Shown here piece by piece: positions 39,391 to 48,283 of a stretch of DNA of 64,000 nt (the stretch's first letter is position 1; every line of letters starts with the position of its first letter). Source of the DNA: Candidatus Multivoradales bacterium (GTDB lineage: Bacteria; Acidobacteriota; Thermoanaerobaculia; Multivoradales; JAHEKO01); assembly GCA_965223155.1 (NCBI GenBank), contig CBDCVR010000015.1, positions 416,001-480,000 on the forward strand, in the 5' to 3' direction. Made by a program: the position numbers and the translations under genes. The notes beneath the pieces were generated by a model. The model was given only the letters and a program-made list of their open reading frames with translations, did not search any database and had not been told where the DNA came from.

Positions 39391-40272
39391 TCACCCGTCG
39401 CGGCCGTCCCGCGACCGGGTCGAGTCCAAGCCGGCCGGGACCCGAGTCGCCCCGGCTTCCGCGCCCGCTGTCGCCGCGACTCTCGCCGCTTCCTCTGGCT
39501 CCGCGCAGCCGGAGGCCTCGAGAGCCGCCACCGCGGCCGCCAGGGCTCCGGCGCGATCCCCGTTTCCGATCCATGAAGGCACGCCGAACCGACTCAGTTC
39601 GAGGGCAGTTTCCAGCCGCAGCCGCATGCCGCCGGTGACGTCGCCGGCCGAGCCCACCGCGGCCGCCCGGACCGCGTCCAGGTTCGCCGCCGTGACCCGA
39701 TCCACCGGCGCGCCGGCGCCGTCCAGAATGCCCTCCGACCGGCCCAGCCAGATCGCTCCGGCAACCCCATGCCCCCGAGCCAGCAACCCCGGCAGCAGCG
39801 ACCTCAGCACGGTCTCGGTCGAGACGATACGAGGCTCGCCTTCTTCGGTCAGCGCCACGTCACCGTAGAGAACCGGCAGGTGGCCCGCGTCCAAAGCCGC
39901 CGCCACGGTCACCGCGCCGGCTCCACCCGCGGCCGGGCCGGTCATGAAGCTGCCCGGCGCCAGCGAGAACGGCTCGAGACCGGCTTCCAGAAGCGCGGCG
40001 ACGACGACGCGATGGAGCCGCGCCGCCGCGTCCTGGGTTCGCGAGACCGCCGAGATCTGCTGCGGCCGGCTCCGGCCGTCCCAGCCCGACTCGAGGGCGG
40101 CCCGGTGGCCGAACGAACCGCTGCCATGACCTAGAACGAAGCGTGCGGACGCGCCGGCCAGCTCAACCGCGAGCCGGTCCACGACCTCCCGGCGCACGGC
40201 CTCGTTTCCGGCCTTGTCGGTAATCAGGCTCCCGCCCCACTTGACCAGGAAGACCGGCGGACGCGGGCTCAT
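39391..40272 (-). CDS. Isopentenyl phosphate kinase (amino acid kinase fold)
   Basis: VKWGGSLITDK, HGSGSFGH (IPK signature His), PVLYGDV, DVTGGM; ATGA overlap with the upstream decarboxylase. Confidence 0.92.
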   Translation of the reverse strand: MSPRPPVFLVKWGGSLITDKAGNEAVRREVVDRLAVELAGASARFVLGHGSGSFGHRAALESGWDGRSRPQQISAVSRTQDAAARLHRVVVAALLEAGLEPFSLAPGSFMTGPAAGGAGAVTVAAALDAGHLPVLYGDVALTEEGEPRIVSTETVLRSLLPGLLARGHGVAGAIWLGRSEGILDGAGAPVDRVTAANLDAVRAAAVGSAGDVTGGMRLRLETALELSRFGVPSWIGNGDRAGALAAAVAALEASGCAEPEEAARVAATAGAEAGATRVPAGLDSTRSRDGRDG

Positions 40273-41306
40273 TGCCGCCCCTCCCGGCCGGGCTCGCCGT
40301 CGCGCTCCAGATGGCGCTCGCTTGCGCGCGGCCCGGTGCCCACCCGGTCGGCCAGCACCCGGACGACGCCGTCCAGCTCCGCAAGAGCGGCGCTCACCCG
40401 GACTTCGACGTCCGCCGGACAAAGAGCGTGGACGTTTGGCCCGGCATCGATCGTGGCGTAGACCGGGACGCCTTCCGCGCGCAGCTCGCGAATCCGCCAC
40501 AACACTTCGAGTGTGCCACCCTTCCAATAGTAGGTGGGCGGAGTCGAGGACATGGCAACGCGATGCAGATCCACCGCCTCGTCTTCGACCACCGCGCCCA
40601 GCTTCTGAATGTCGCGCTCGCGGATGGCTTCTTCGACGGCCCGGAGCCGATCCGGCAGCTCGGCCAGCCGCGGCTCGAACCTGGGACTGGTCGGCGCCCG
40701 CCGGTGGCCCTCGCGCGATGGCACGTCCTTGGCCGACTCGTCCACGATCGCGACCAAATCGCACAGAGCCCAATGATCGGCACCTGCCAGGACCTCGATA
40801 CCGTCGCCGCCGGCCGCCGCCGGCCAGCGCACGTAACCTCCAGCGACCGAGCGGGCCGCCGAGCCCGAACCGCTGAGCCGGGCCCAGCGGGACGCCTCGT
40901 TCAGATCCTCGGGCGGCGTTCCCAGAGCCTCGAGCGCCGCCAGGGTCAGGGCCGCGAACCCCGAGGCCGACGAGGCGATGCCGGCACCGGTCGGGAACGA
41001 GTTCTCGGTCAGGACCTCGAAGGAGCCGGCGCGGCCCGCCCGATCCCGCAGTCTGTTCAGATGGCGACGAACAGGGGCCACGAAACCCTCCGACGCCGGC
41101 TCGAAACCACCGCCCTCGCGCCGGAACCAGACCCGGTCCCGGCCGCCACCCCCGGGGTGGAAGGTCGCGGTACACGTCGAAACACAGCGGTCCAGGGTCA
41201 TCGAGATTGAAGGGTTGAACGGCTCGACGGTCTCGGCGTCGCGTGTGCCCCAGTACTTGATGAAGGCGATGTTCGACGGAGCGATGACGGTCGCTTGGGT
41301 AGGCAT
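40269..41306 (-). CDS. mvaD: MvaD-family GHMP decarboxylase, probably mevalonate 5-phosphate decarboxylase
   Basis: NIAFIKYWG, ENSFPTGAGIASSASGFAAL, ARLSGSGSAARS, TIDAGPNVH; adjacent to IPK with no PMK in the cluster. Confidence 0.9.
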   Translation of the reverse strand: MPTQATVIAPSNIAFIKYWGTRDAETVEPFNPSISMTLDRCVSTCTATFHPGGGGRDRVWFRREGGGFEPASEGFVAPVRRHLNRLRDRAGRAGSFEVLTENSFPTGAGIASSASGFAALTLAALEALGTPPEDLNEASRWARLSGSGSAARSVAGGYVRWPAAAGGDGIEVLAGADHWALCDLVAIVDESAKDVPSREGHRRAPTSPRFEPRLAELPDRLRAVEEAIRERDIQKLGAVVEDEAVDLHRVAMSSTPPTYYWKGGTLEVLWRIRELRAEGVPVYATIDAGPNVHALCPADVEVRVSAALAELDGVVRVLADRVGTGPRASERHLERDGEPGREGRQ

Positions 41307-41309
41307 CGG

Positions 41310-42452
41310 TCAGGTTTCCCAGCGCAGTCCGGGGCCGCCGAAGCCGCCCGGCACGGGAACGGTACCAGCCGGAAGAAGAGAGTCGGGATCGGGAAGGTCC
41401 CGGTAGCGGGGCCGAAAGACGATCAACATGCCGGCCGCCGCGCCGCTCAGGGCGCCGGCGCCCGAGATCTTGGCCGCGGCACCGGCCGCCTCGATCTCGA
41501 CGATGGCACGGGCCACCGGCTCCGGCACCACTCCGATCCGCTCCAAACATCGCTCGAAGCGCTTGACCGCGTCGAGCAGGTCCGGCCACCGGGACTCGCC
41601 TGCGGCGAGCGCCTCGGCGGCGGCGAGCGTCGCCTCGCCCATCCGGTCAAGCAAGGCGTCGAATTCCGAATCCTGGTCCTTGCGTGCGCGTACAGCCGCC
41701 ACCACCTCCCCAGTGGTCTCCACCGGCGTTCCCGTGTTGAAAGCCGCCAGACAGCCGTCGAGCCAGGAGGGCACTTCGAGCCGGGTCGACACCTCGAGAT
41801 AACTCGCCTCAGAGGCTCCGGAGCCGCCGGTCTCCATCCGACCGGCCGAGGCAGCCCCGGGCCGAAAGAGCTGCCAGCCGCCCTTCAAGACCGTTCGATG
41901 ATCCACGCCCGACGGCGTGCCGTGCTGGCGGCGCTCGGCTTCCTCCGCGATCACGGCCACCAGGTCGGGGTCGGGCCGGCCATCGGTCGCCACCACGAAG
42001 GCTCCGGCTACCGCCACCGCGACCGAGGCCGAGCTTCCCAGGCCGGCACCCACCGGTAGCTCCGAGCCGAGGTGCACGTCAAGGGACGGCAGCTCGGCGG
42101 CGGGCCTCTCGGTCGCCTGGACCGACTCGGCTAGAACGATCTTGACCACGCTCGCCGGATCGGTCGTGCGCAAGGCCTCGAACCGCTCCGGGCTGGGATC
42201 GGCTCGGTACCGGCGCCAGCATTCACGCCGCTCGGCGCCGAAGCGCAAGATCTCGGCCCAGGCCACGGTTTCCTCGTGGCCGAAGGTCTCCAGGCAAAGC
42301 CGCACTGCAGCATCGGTCCCGCTCTTGTCCCCGCGCCTCGCGATCCGGCACCGGGTACGCAGATCCAGCGCCGCCACCAGGGCCGGCCGGCCGTAGACCG
42401 CCGCGTGCTCGCCCATCACGATGAGCTTGCCGGGTGCGCTGGCGACGGTCAT
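41310..42452 (-). CDS. mvk: Mevalonate kinase
   Basis: SAPGKLIVMGEHAAVYG, PVGAGLGSSAS, HGTPSGVD, KISGAG. Confidence 0.95.
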   Translation of the reverse strand: MTVASAPGKLIVMGEHAAVYGRPALVAALDLRTRCRIARRGDKSGTDAAVRLCLETFGHEETVAWAEILRFGAERRECWRRYRADPSPERFEALRTTDPASVVKIVLAESVQATERPAAELPSLDVHLGSELPVGAGLGSSASVAVAVAGAFVVATDGRPDPDLVAVIAEEAERRQHGTPSGVDHRTVLKGGWQLFRPGAASAGRMETGGSGASEASYLEVSTRLEVPSWLDGCLAAFNTGTPVETTGEVVAAVRARKDQDSEFDALLDRMGEATLAAAEALAAGESRWPDLLDAVKRFERCLERIGVVPEPVARAIVEIEAAGAAAKISGAGALSGAAAGMLIVFRPRYRDLPDPDSLLPAGTVPVPGGFGGPGLRWET

Positions 42453-42461
42453 CGCTGGCAG

Positions 42462-43733
42462 CTAGCGCTCGACGGAACCGCGCCCGAGCTCCTGATGGGC
42501 CCTCGCCAGATCTCGCGTGGTGAAGGCGGCCATCAGCGAGAGTTCGCCCGCCAGCACCGCGGCCCCGAGAATCTCGGCCAGACGCATCACCGCCTCGCCC
42601 GGACGTTTGGGCACGGCCGGGATGCCGAGCAGGTCCAGCGCCTCGCGCTGGGTATCGAGCGAGGTTCCGCCGCCGACGGCCCCCAGGGGCAAGTCGGGCA
42701 AGAACACCGACGCCCGCACCCCGTCCTCGCCGTGCGGCTCGATGCTGGTGACGCCCATGGCTCCTTCCACGACCTGCGCCGGATCCTGGCCGGTGGCGAT
42801 GAAGAAGGCGGCCAGCACATTGGCGAAGTGGGCGTTGAATCCCATCGACCCGGCGGCGATCGAGCCCATCAGGTTCTTCCGGTATTGCACCTCGCGCAGC
42901 GCGGCCGCCGTCGTCTTGAGCCGCTCCCGAAGCACTTCGGCTTCCAGAACCACGTCGGCGTGAACCCGCTTGCCCCGGCCCTCCAGGAAGTTGACCGCCG
43001 AGGGCTTCTTGTCGACGCAAAAATTTCCGGAGAGCGCAATGCACGGCAGGCCGGTCTCGGGCTCGATCAGATCCGAGACCACCCGATCGCAGGCCACCGT
43101 GGCCATGTTCATGCCCATGGCGTCGCCGCAGCGAAAGCGGAAGCGCAGATAGATCGACGAACCGATGACCTGCGGCCGCAGATCTTGGAGCTTCAGGAAG
43201 CGGCTGGTGCTCTCGGCTACCTCCCGAATCCGGTCTTCGTGCTCCGCCACCCAACTCAGGAATCCCTGGGTCGCGTCGAGCCCCTCGGAACGGAACACCG
43301 GTGCCCTCGTGATGCCCACGTCCTCGACGGCGACGGTCGCGCCGCCGGCATCGCGGATCGCACGGCAGCCGCGGTTGGCGCTTGCCAGGAGCGCGCCTTC
43401 GGTGGTCGCCATCGGCACGTAGATCGACTCCTCGGGCGAGACGAAGCGCCCGCGCACAGAGAGTGGGCCGATCACGCCGATCGGCACCTGCGCCGCCCCG
43501 ATGAAGTTCTCGCAATGGCGGGCCGCCGCGCGAGCCGCGTCCAGGCCGTAGCCGCCGGTAGCCTCGAGCGACGTTCCGGTCAGCCGCTCGAGCGCGGTGC
43601 GGCGGACCCAGGCAGCATCGTCGGGCTCGAGATCTCCCGGCAGCTCGTGGAGCCGGCGGGAGCCCTCCACCACCTCAGTGACCAGGGATTCCAAGTGTTC
43701 CGTTGCGCTCGCGCCAGCTCGCTTCCCAGCCAT
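42462..43733 (-). CDS. hmgA: HMG-CoA reductase, class I (NADPH)
   Basis: CENFIG, VPMATTEGALLAS, GDAMGMNM, SGNFCVDKK, TGQD, GELSL, C-terminal His. Confidence 0.97.
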   Translation of the reverse strand: MAGKRAGASATEHLESLVTEVVEGSRRLHELPGDLEPDDAAWVRRTALERLTGTSLEATGGYGLDAARAAARHCENFIGAAQVPIGVIGPLSVRGRFVSPEESIYVPMATTEGALLASANRGCRAIRDAGGATVAVEDVGITRAPVFRSEGLDATQGFLSWVAEHEDRIREVAESTSRFLKLQDLRPQVIGSSIYLRFRFRCGDAMGMNMATVACDRVVSDLIEPETGLPCIALSGNFCVDKKPSAVNFLEGRGKRVHADVVLEAEVLRERLKTTAAALREVQYRKNLMGSIAAGSMGFNAHFANVLAAFFIATGQDPAQVVEGAMGVTSIEPHGEDGVRASVFLPDLPLGAVGGGTSLDTQREALDLLGIPAVPKRPGEAVMRLAEILGAAVLAGELSLMAAFTTRDLARAHQELGRGSVER

Positions 43734-44761
43734 CAGTCCCAGCCCTCCACCAGCGGCGTCTCTTGGAGCTCGCTCACCGAGCCGGCGCCGGCGCAGAACA
43801 TCGCGATTCTGAGCTCCCGCACGAAGGCCCGCGCCCGCGCCACCGTTTCCTCGGCGGAGACGTCGGCGCCCTGCAGAAAGGGCTTGGCGGCGCCGACGAG
43901 ATCGGCGCCGAGGGCGATCGCTTTGGCCGCGTCGATGCCGTTACGTACCCCGCCGCTGCCAATCACGGTCAGGCCGCCGAGGGCACGCAGCTCACGAATC
44001 GACCGCGGCGTGGGCACGCCCCAGCCGGCGAAAAGCTCGCCGAGCGCGAAGTCGTCGGCCCGGCTCGCCTCGATCCGGGCCCAGCTCGTACCTCCCAGTC
44101 CCGACGTGTCCAGAATCGTGAACCCGGCCTCCCGCAAACGCCGGCCGACGTCGCGCGACAGGCCGCAGCCCACTTCCTTGACGATCACCGGCGCGTCGAG
44201 CGCCGCGGCCACCTCCGCCATCTGGGCCAGCAGACTCGAGAAGTCGCACTGCCCCTCCGGCTGAATGGCTTCTTGGAGGGGATTCAAGTGAAAGACGAGG
44301 GCGTCGGCCTCGATCATGTCGACCGCCCGCCGGCACTCGTCGAGACCGAATCCGTAGTTGAGCTGCACCGCGCCCAGATTGGCCAGGAGGGGCACGCTCG
44401 GGACGAGCTCGCGAATCCGGAAGCTCTCGGCCTGGGAGGGATCCTCGATCGCCTTGCGCTGCGATCCCACGCCGATCGCGATGCCCACCTCCTCGGCGGC
44501 CAGCGCCAGATTGCGATTGATGCGGCCGGCTTCTTCGGTCCCGCCGGTCATGCACGAGATCAGAAGCGGAGCTGCGAGCTCGCGCTCCAGGAAGCGCACG
44601 CCGAGATCGATCGCCCCCATGTCCAGCTCGGGCAGGGCATCGTGCTCGAAACGCAGGCCATCGAAGAAGTGCCCGTCGAGCTGCATGCGATCGTCGAGCG
44701 CAAGCTGGATGTGCTCCTGCTTGCGGTCGCGCTCGCCGGCGTCGCCTCGGTGCCCGGTCAA
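43733..44761 (-). CDS. fni: Type 2 (FMN-dependent) isopentenyl-diphosphate delta-isomerase
   Basis: RKQEHI, MTGG, GVGSQR, HLNPLQEAIQPEG, KEVGCG, GGTSW; TTG start overlaps the upstream stop. Confidence 0.96.
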   Translation of the reverse strand: MTGHRGDAGERDRKQEHIQLALDDRMQLDGHFFDGLRFEHDALPELDMGAIDLGVRFLERELAAPLLISCMTGGTEEAGRINRNLALAAEEVGIAIGVGSQRKAIEDPSQAESFRIRELVPSVPLLANLGAVQLNYGFGLDECRRAVDMIEADALVFHLNPLQEAIQPEGQCDFSSLLAQMAEVAAALDAPVIVKEVGCGLSRDVGRRLREAGFTILDTSGLGGTSWARIEASRADDFALGELFAGWGVPTPRSIRELRALGGLTVIGSGGVRNGIDAAKAIALGADLVGAAKPFLQGADVSAEETVARARAFVRELRIAMFCAGAGSVSELQETPLVEGWD

Positions 44762-45858
44762 TAGTCGCGGTCTCCGAGAAAATCGACCAGCGCCTCCAGA
44801 AAGGCCCGACCCTGAGCCTCCAGGGTCAACGCCACCAGAGCCTCGCGGGCGATGTCGAGCCGTTCGGCGACCATCATCTCCACCGCCAGCTTGGCGCCGC
44901 TCGAGGCCACGACGGCGCGCACGCGATCCAGCGTCTCGGCCGTCACCTCGGGGTCCCCGAGGGCCTCGAGCACCACCTGCCGTTCGGGCCCCGCTGTCCG
45001 TTCCAAAGTCTGCTGAATCAAGACCGTGTGTTTGCCCTCGGCGATGTCCGAGTCGACCGACTTGCCCACGGTCTCGCTGCTGCCAAAGACACCGAGCAGG
45101 TCGTCGCGGAGCTGGAAGGCCTCGCCCAAGACCCGCCCGTAGCGGGCCAGGCCCTGGCGGTTCTCCGGTGAAGCGCCCGCGGCCAGAACACCCAGCTCCA
45201 GCGGCCGCTCGACCGAGTAGCGGCCGGACTTGAGTCGCAGGATTTGAAGTAGGGCATCGCGATCGAGCGCGCCGCGAAACGGCGCCGTCATCTCCAGATA
45301 CTGTCCCAGCACCACTTCCTGGCACATCGCGGCGAAGGTGCGGCCGAGCTCGGGAACCGCAAAGGGCCGGGAACCCTCCAGAAAGAGCTCCACGGCGTAG
45401 GCGTGCGCCAGATCCCCAAGCAGAATCGCGACCGATTCGCCATGCCTGGCGGCGTCTCCCGGCCAGCCCCGATCCCGATGGTCCTGCTCGAAGGCCCGGT
45501 GAGCGGTGGGCTTGCCGCGCCGCACCTCGGCATCGTCCATGATGTCGTCGTGCATCAGCAAGTACGCTTGGAGGAGTTCGGTGGAAAGCGCCAGCGGCAG
45601 GATCGCCTCTTCGTCTTCGCCGCCGGTCGCCCGGTAGCCGAAAGAGACCAGCGCCGGTCGCAGTCGCTTGCCGCCCCGCCCCACGAATTCCCTGAGCCTC
45701 GAAGTCAGCTCCAGGACGTCTTGGTTGGACTCCGCCAGCGCCCTCTGCTCGCGCTCGGCGAGCCAGGCGTCAATCCGCTGGGTAGCCGTGTCCCGGAAGT
45801 CCGCCAGCAGGGGCTCCAGAGCGGGCGCTACGTTGGCCTTGAGGGTTGGGCTCGACAA
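44758..45858 (-). CDS. Short-chain polyprenyl diphosphate synthase (FPP/GGPP, IdsA-like)
   Basis: GGKRLRP, FARM HDDIMDDAEVRRG, GQYLE, FQLRDDLLGVFG, DIAEGK. Confidence 0.95.
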   Translation of the reverse strand: MSSPTLKANVAPALEPLLADFRDTATQRIDAWLAEREQRALAESNQDVLELTSRLREFVGRGGKRLRPALVSFGYRATGGEDEEAILPLALSTELLQAYLLMHDDIMDDAEVRRGKPTAHRAFEQDHRDRGWPGDAARHGESVAILLGDLAHAYAVELFLEGSRPFAVPELGRTFAAMCQEVVLGQYLEMTAPFRGALDRDALLQILRLKSGRYSVERPLELGVLAAGASPENRQGLARYGRVLGEAFQLRDDLLGVFGSSETVGKSVDSDIAEGKHTVLIQQTLERTAGPERQVVLEALGDPEVTAETLDRVRAVVASSGAKLAVEMMVAERLDIAREALVALTLEAQGRAFLEALVDFLGDRDY

Positions 45859-45989
45859 GTCTCAGTCCTGGTTGCAATCCCCGGCGACGGTCTTCTTCGG
45901 AGACGGCCCGGTGCCGGGCTCACACCGGCAGGAACGCCGGACTGGCCGGCTCGACCCGGTCCGGATCCGTCCGATCCGCTGCGAACTCA

Positions 45990-47549
45990 TCATTTTATCT
46001 TCTGGCCGCTCTCTGGGCTCGGCGTGGATGGCGGCCCCAGTCCAGACCCCAGTCCAAGCCCGACCCCGGCCGTCGCCGAACCCGCCGCCAGGAACATCTC
46101 CGACAAGCGCACCGGCAGGCCTTCCGACGGTTGCCCTCTCGGGACAGCCAGGCCGGCTGGATCGGCCAGGACGGCCAGATCGGAAAGCAGAAAGCCGACC
46201 GAGGCCTCGCGCGATAGGGCCCCGTGCGTCCAGCGCAGGCGGCCGCCGGTCAGCCGCGCCGCCCGCTCGGTCGCGCGCGCGCCGTACATGTAGCCGGTCG
46301 CCGTCGAGCACACCACGGTCGCCGGATTCTCGACCCGCTCGAAGCTGGAGTGAATCCGCGCAAGGCCGTCCGGGAACGCCGCCGCGGTCGTCTCGCGGAG
46401 CCAGTCCCGGTCCGCGAACCAACCCGGACGCTCCAGGTCGTCCTTCGAGCCACCACGACCCAAGCGCTCGAGCACGACCCGGTAGCCCAGGGGGTCTCCG
46501 GCAACCGGCACGTAGGACCAGGCGGCCGCCGATTTCCGGATCGTGGCGAGACCGCCGCTGCTGACGACCCGCACCGCATCGTTCCCATCGTCCTTATCGT
46601 CCTCATCGTTGGCCGAGCGGTGAGCGCAGAGCTCTACGCCCTCAACCGAAGCCAGGATGGTCGCCAGCTTGGCGCCCAACTCGGGCGCCGAGTAGGCCTC
46701 GAAGCTCGAGACCAGGCCGTACGGAGTGAGCACGACGTCTCCGCGCGCCAGGCTCTCGCCGGCCCGGAGGCCGTGCTCCACGAAGGCGCGACGGACACCC
46801 GGCAGCACGTTGACCAGGGGCCGCCCCCCGGACATACCGTGATCCGAAAAGACAACAAATCGGAGCCGGCGGCCGCTGTCGCTCCGGGCCTTCGCGATCG
46901 CCCGCCCCAGCCGGATGAAGGTCTCGTCCAAGGACTCCGGACCCTTCAAGTGCGCCGCGGTGTCGGTGGTCTCGACGTACGCGAAGTAGCGCGGTTGGGT
47001 GGAGGCCACGAAGTCCCGCACGGCTCGCTCGACCCGGCGCTCGCTGGCCTTGACCGGCCTCAGGCTGGCCACGGCGCTCCGCGCCACGCCCTTCTTGCTC
47101 CAGTCGAAGAAGTCCCGCCAAGGAAACGCAATCTTGAAATAGCTGACCGGCCCGCCGCCCCGAGCCTTGCGCCGGCGCCAGTCGAAGAAGCGAGCCTCAT
47201 AACCCGGTGAGCGCTCGAGGCCCAGAGGTTCGAAGGCCGCCGCCAGGGCGACGCTGGTGGTCGAGGGAAAGGTGCTGACCAGCGGTCGGGGGCCGCCCAG
47301 CTCGGCAAAAAGCTCGGCGGCGACGCCACGCCGCTCGAGATCGACGACATACGAGTAGGGCACGGCGTCGAGGGTCAGGTACAGGACCGCGGGCGGAGCG
47401 GCGGGTTCCGGTCCGGGCGATCCGCGACCTTCGACCTCCGACGACGAGGCGGCTACCGCCATCCAGACCGAGACCAGGATGGCGATCGCGGCAACCCGGG
47501 TCCCGGCCAGCGCCCACGGTGGCCTCCCGTCTCGGATCGGCCGGATCAC
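45990..47549 (-). CDS. Alkaline phosphatase/NPP-superfamily protein with N-terminal signal or TM segment
   Basis: LTLDAV, STFPSTT (Thr nucleophile), TDTAAHLKG, FSDHGM, THGAL; GTGA overlap with the hpnG stop. Confidence 0.75.
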   Translation of the reverse strand: MIRPIRDGRPPWALAGTRVAAIAILVSVWMAVAASSSEVEGRGSPGPEPAAPPAVLYLTLDAVPYSYVVDLERRGVAAELFAELGGPRPLVSTFPSTTSVALAAAFEPLGLERSPGYEARFFDWRRRKARGGGPVSYFKIAFPWRDFFDWSKKGVARSAVASLRPVKASERRVERAVRDFVASTQPRYFAYVETTDTAAHLKGPESLDETFIRLGRAIAKARSDSGRRLRFVVFSDHGMSGGRPLVNVLPGVRRAFVEHGLRAGESLARGDVVLTPYGLVSSFEAYSAPELGAKLATILASVEGVELCAHRSANDEDDKDDGNDAVRVVSSGGLATIRKSAAAWSYVPVAGDPLGYRVVLERLGRGGSKDDLERPGWFADRDWLRETTAAAFPDGLARIHSSFERVENPATVVCSTATGYMYGARATERAARLTGGRLRWTHGALSREASVGFLLSDLAVLADPAGLAVPRGQPSEGLPVRLSEMFLAAGSATAGVGLGLGSGLGPPSTPSPESGQKIK

Positions 47550-48283
47550 GCCCAGACCTCGTCGATCGTGCGGGCCAGGCCCGCCATCAGGCCTCGAGCC
47601 CTCGCCCGGAACTCGACGAGAGCCGGCACGGTCCAGGGCCGGGCCAGAGCCGCCGCCAGTACCCGGCCACGCGAGAGCCGCCCCCGTCGATCGACCGCCC
47701 GGGCCACGGGTCCGGGCAGCGACTCGTCGAGTGTGTCGCTCACGACTCGGAGAACAACGTAGGGCACTTCCGCCCGATTCGCCAGAGCCGCCCAGCGACC
47801 GCTCTCCATGTCCACGACCGCTGTCTCGCCGGCACCGAATCTCGCTCCCAGCTCGCGCTTGTCGCGGGCGCGGGCGACGATCGTCGGAGAGGTCACGAAG
47901 ACCCCTTCGCGGGCACCGGCCGCCAGAAGCGCCTGCCGGCGCTCGGGCCGCGGATCCGCGAGCTCGTGGCCTCCGACTCGGGGCAGGGCGGCTCCCGCCA
48001 GGGCGGCGGCGAGGACCCGGTCGCCGGTGGCAAGATCGGGAGTCAGAGCACCGGCCAAGCCGGTGAAGAGCACTTCCGAAGCCGAGGCCAGCGCCCGATC
48101 CAGACCCTGGGGCGCGGCCGCGGCTCCCGCCCCGGCCCGCACCATGAGCACGCTTCCCCCGGGGCACTCGCCCCGCCAGGCCGGCAAGCCCTCGATCCGA
48201 GCCGGCCTCAGGCCCCAATGCCCGACCAACGGCCCGGCCTCCTCAGGAAGGGCACAGACCACAGCCAGGTCCGCCGAGCTCAT
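47546..48283 (-). CDS. hpnG: Hopanoid-associated nucleoside phosphorylase/nucleosidase
   Basis: PNP/MTAN fold: ALPEEA, TGLAGAL, VDMES, LRVVSD; located within the hpn cluster. Confidence 0.85.
   Translation of the reverse strand: MSSADLAVVCALPEEAGPLVGHWGLRPARIEGLPAWRGECPGGSVLMVRAGAGAAAAPQGLDRALASASEVLFTGLAGALTPDLATGDRVLAAALAGAALPRVGGHELADPRPERRQALLAAGAREGVFVTSPTIVARARDKRELGARFGAGETAVVDMESGRWAALANRAEVPYVVLRVVSDTLDESLPGPVARAVDRRGRLSRGRVLAAALARPWTVPALVEFRARARGLMAGLARTIDEVWA

Noticed and set aside
39391-41589. Apparent long N-terminal domains on IPK (732 aa), IDI2 (530 aa), AP protein (742 aa) and UbiD
   Set aside because: Extensions overlap upstream genes; coupled starts at 40272, 44761, 47549 and 38325 explain them
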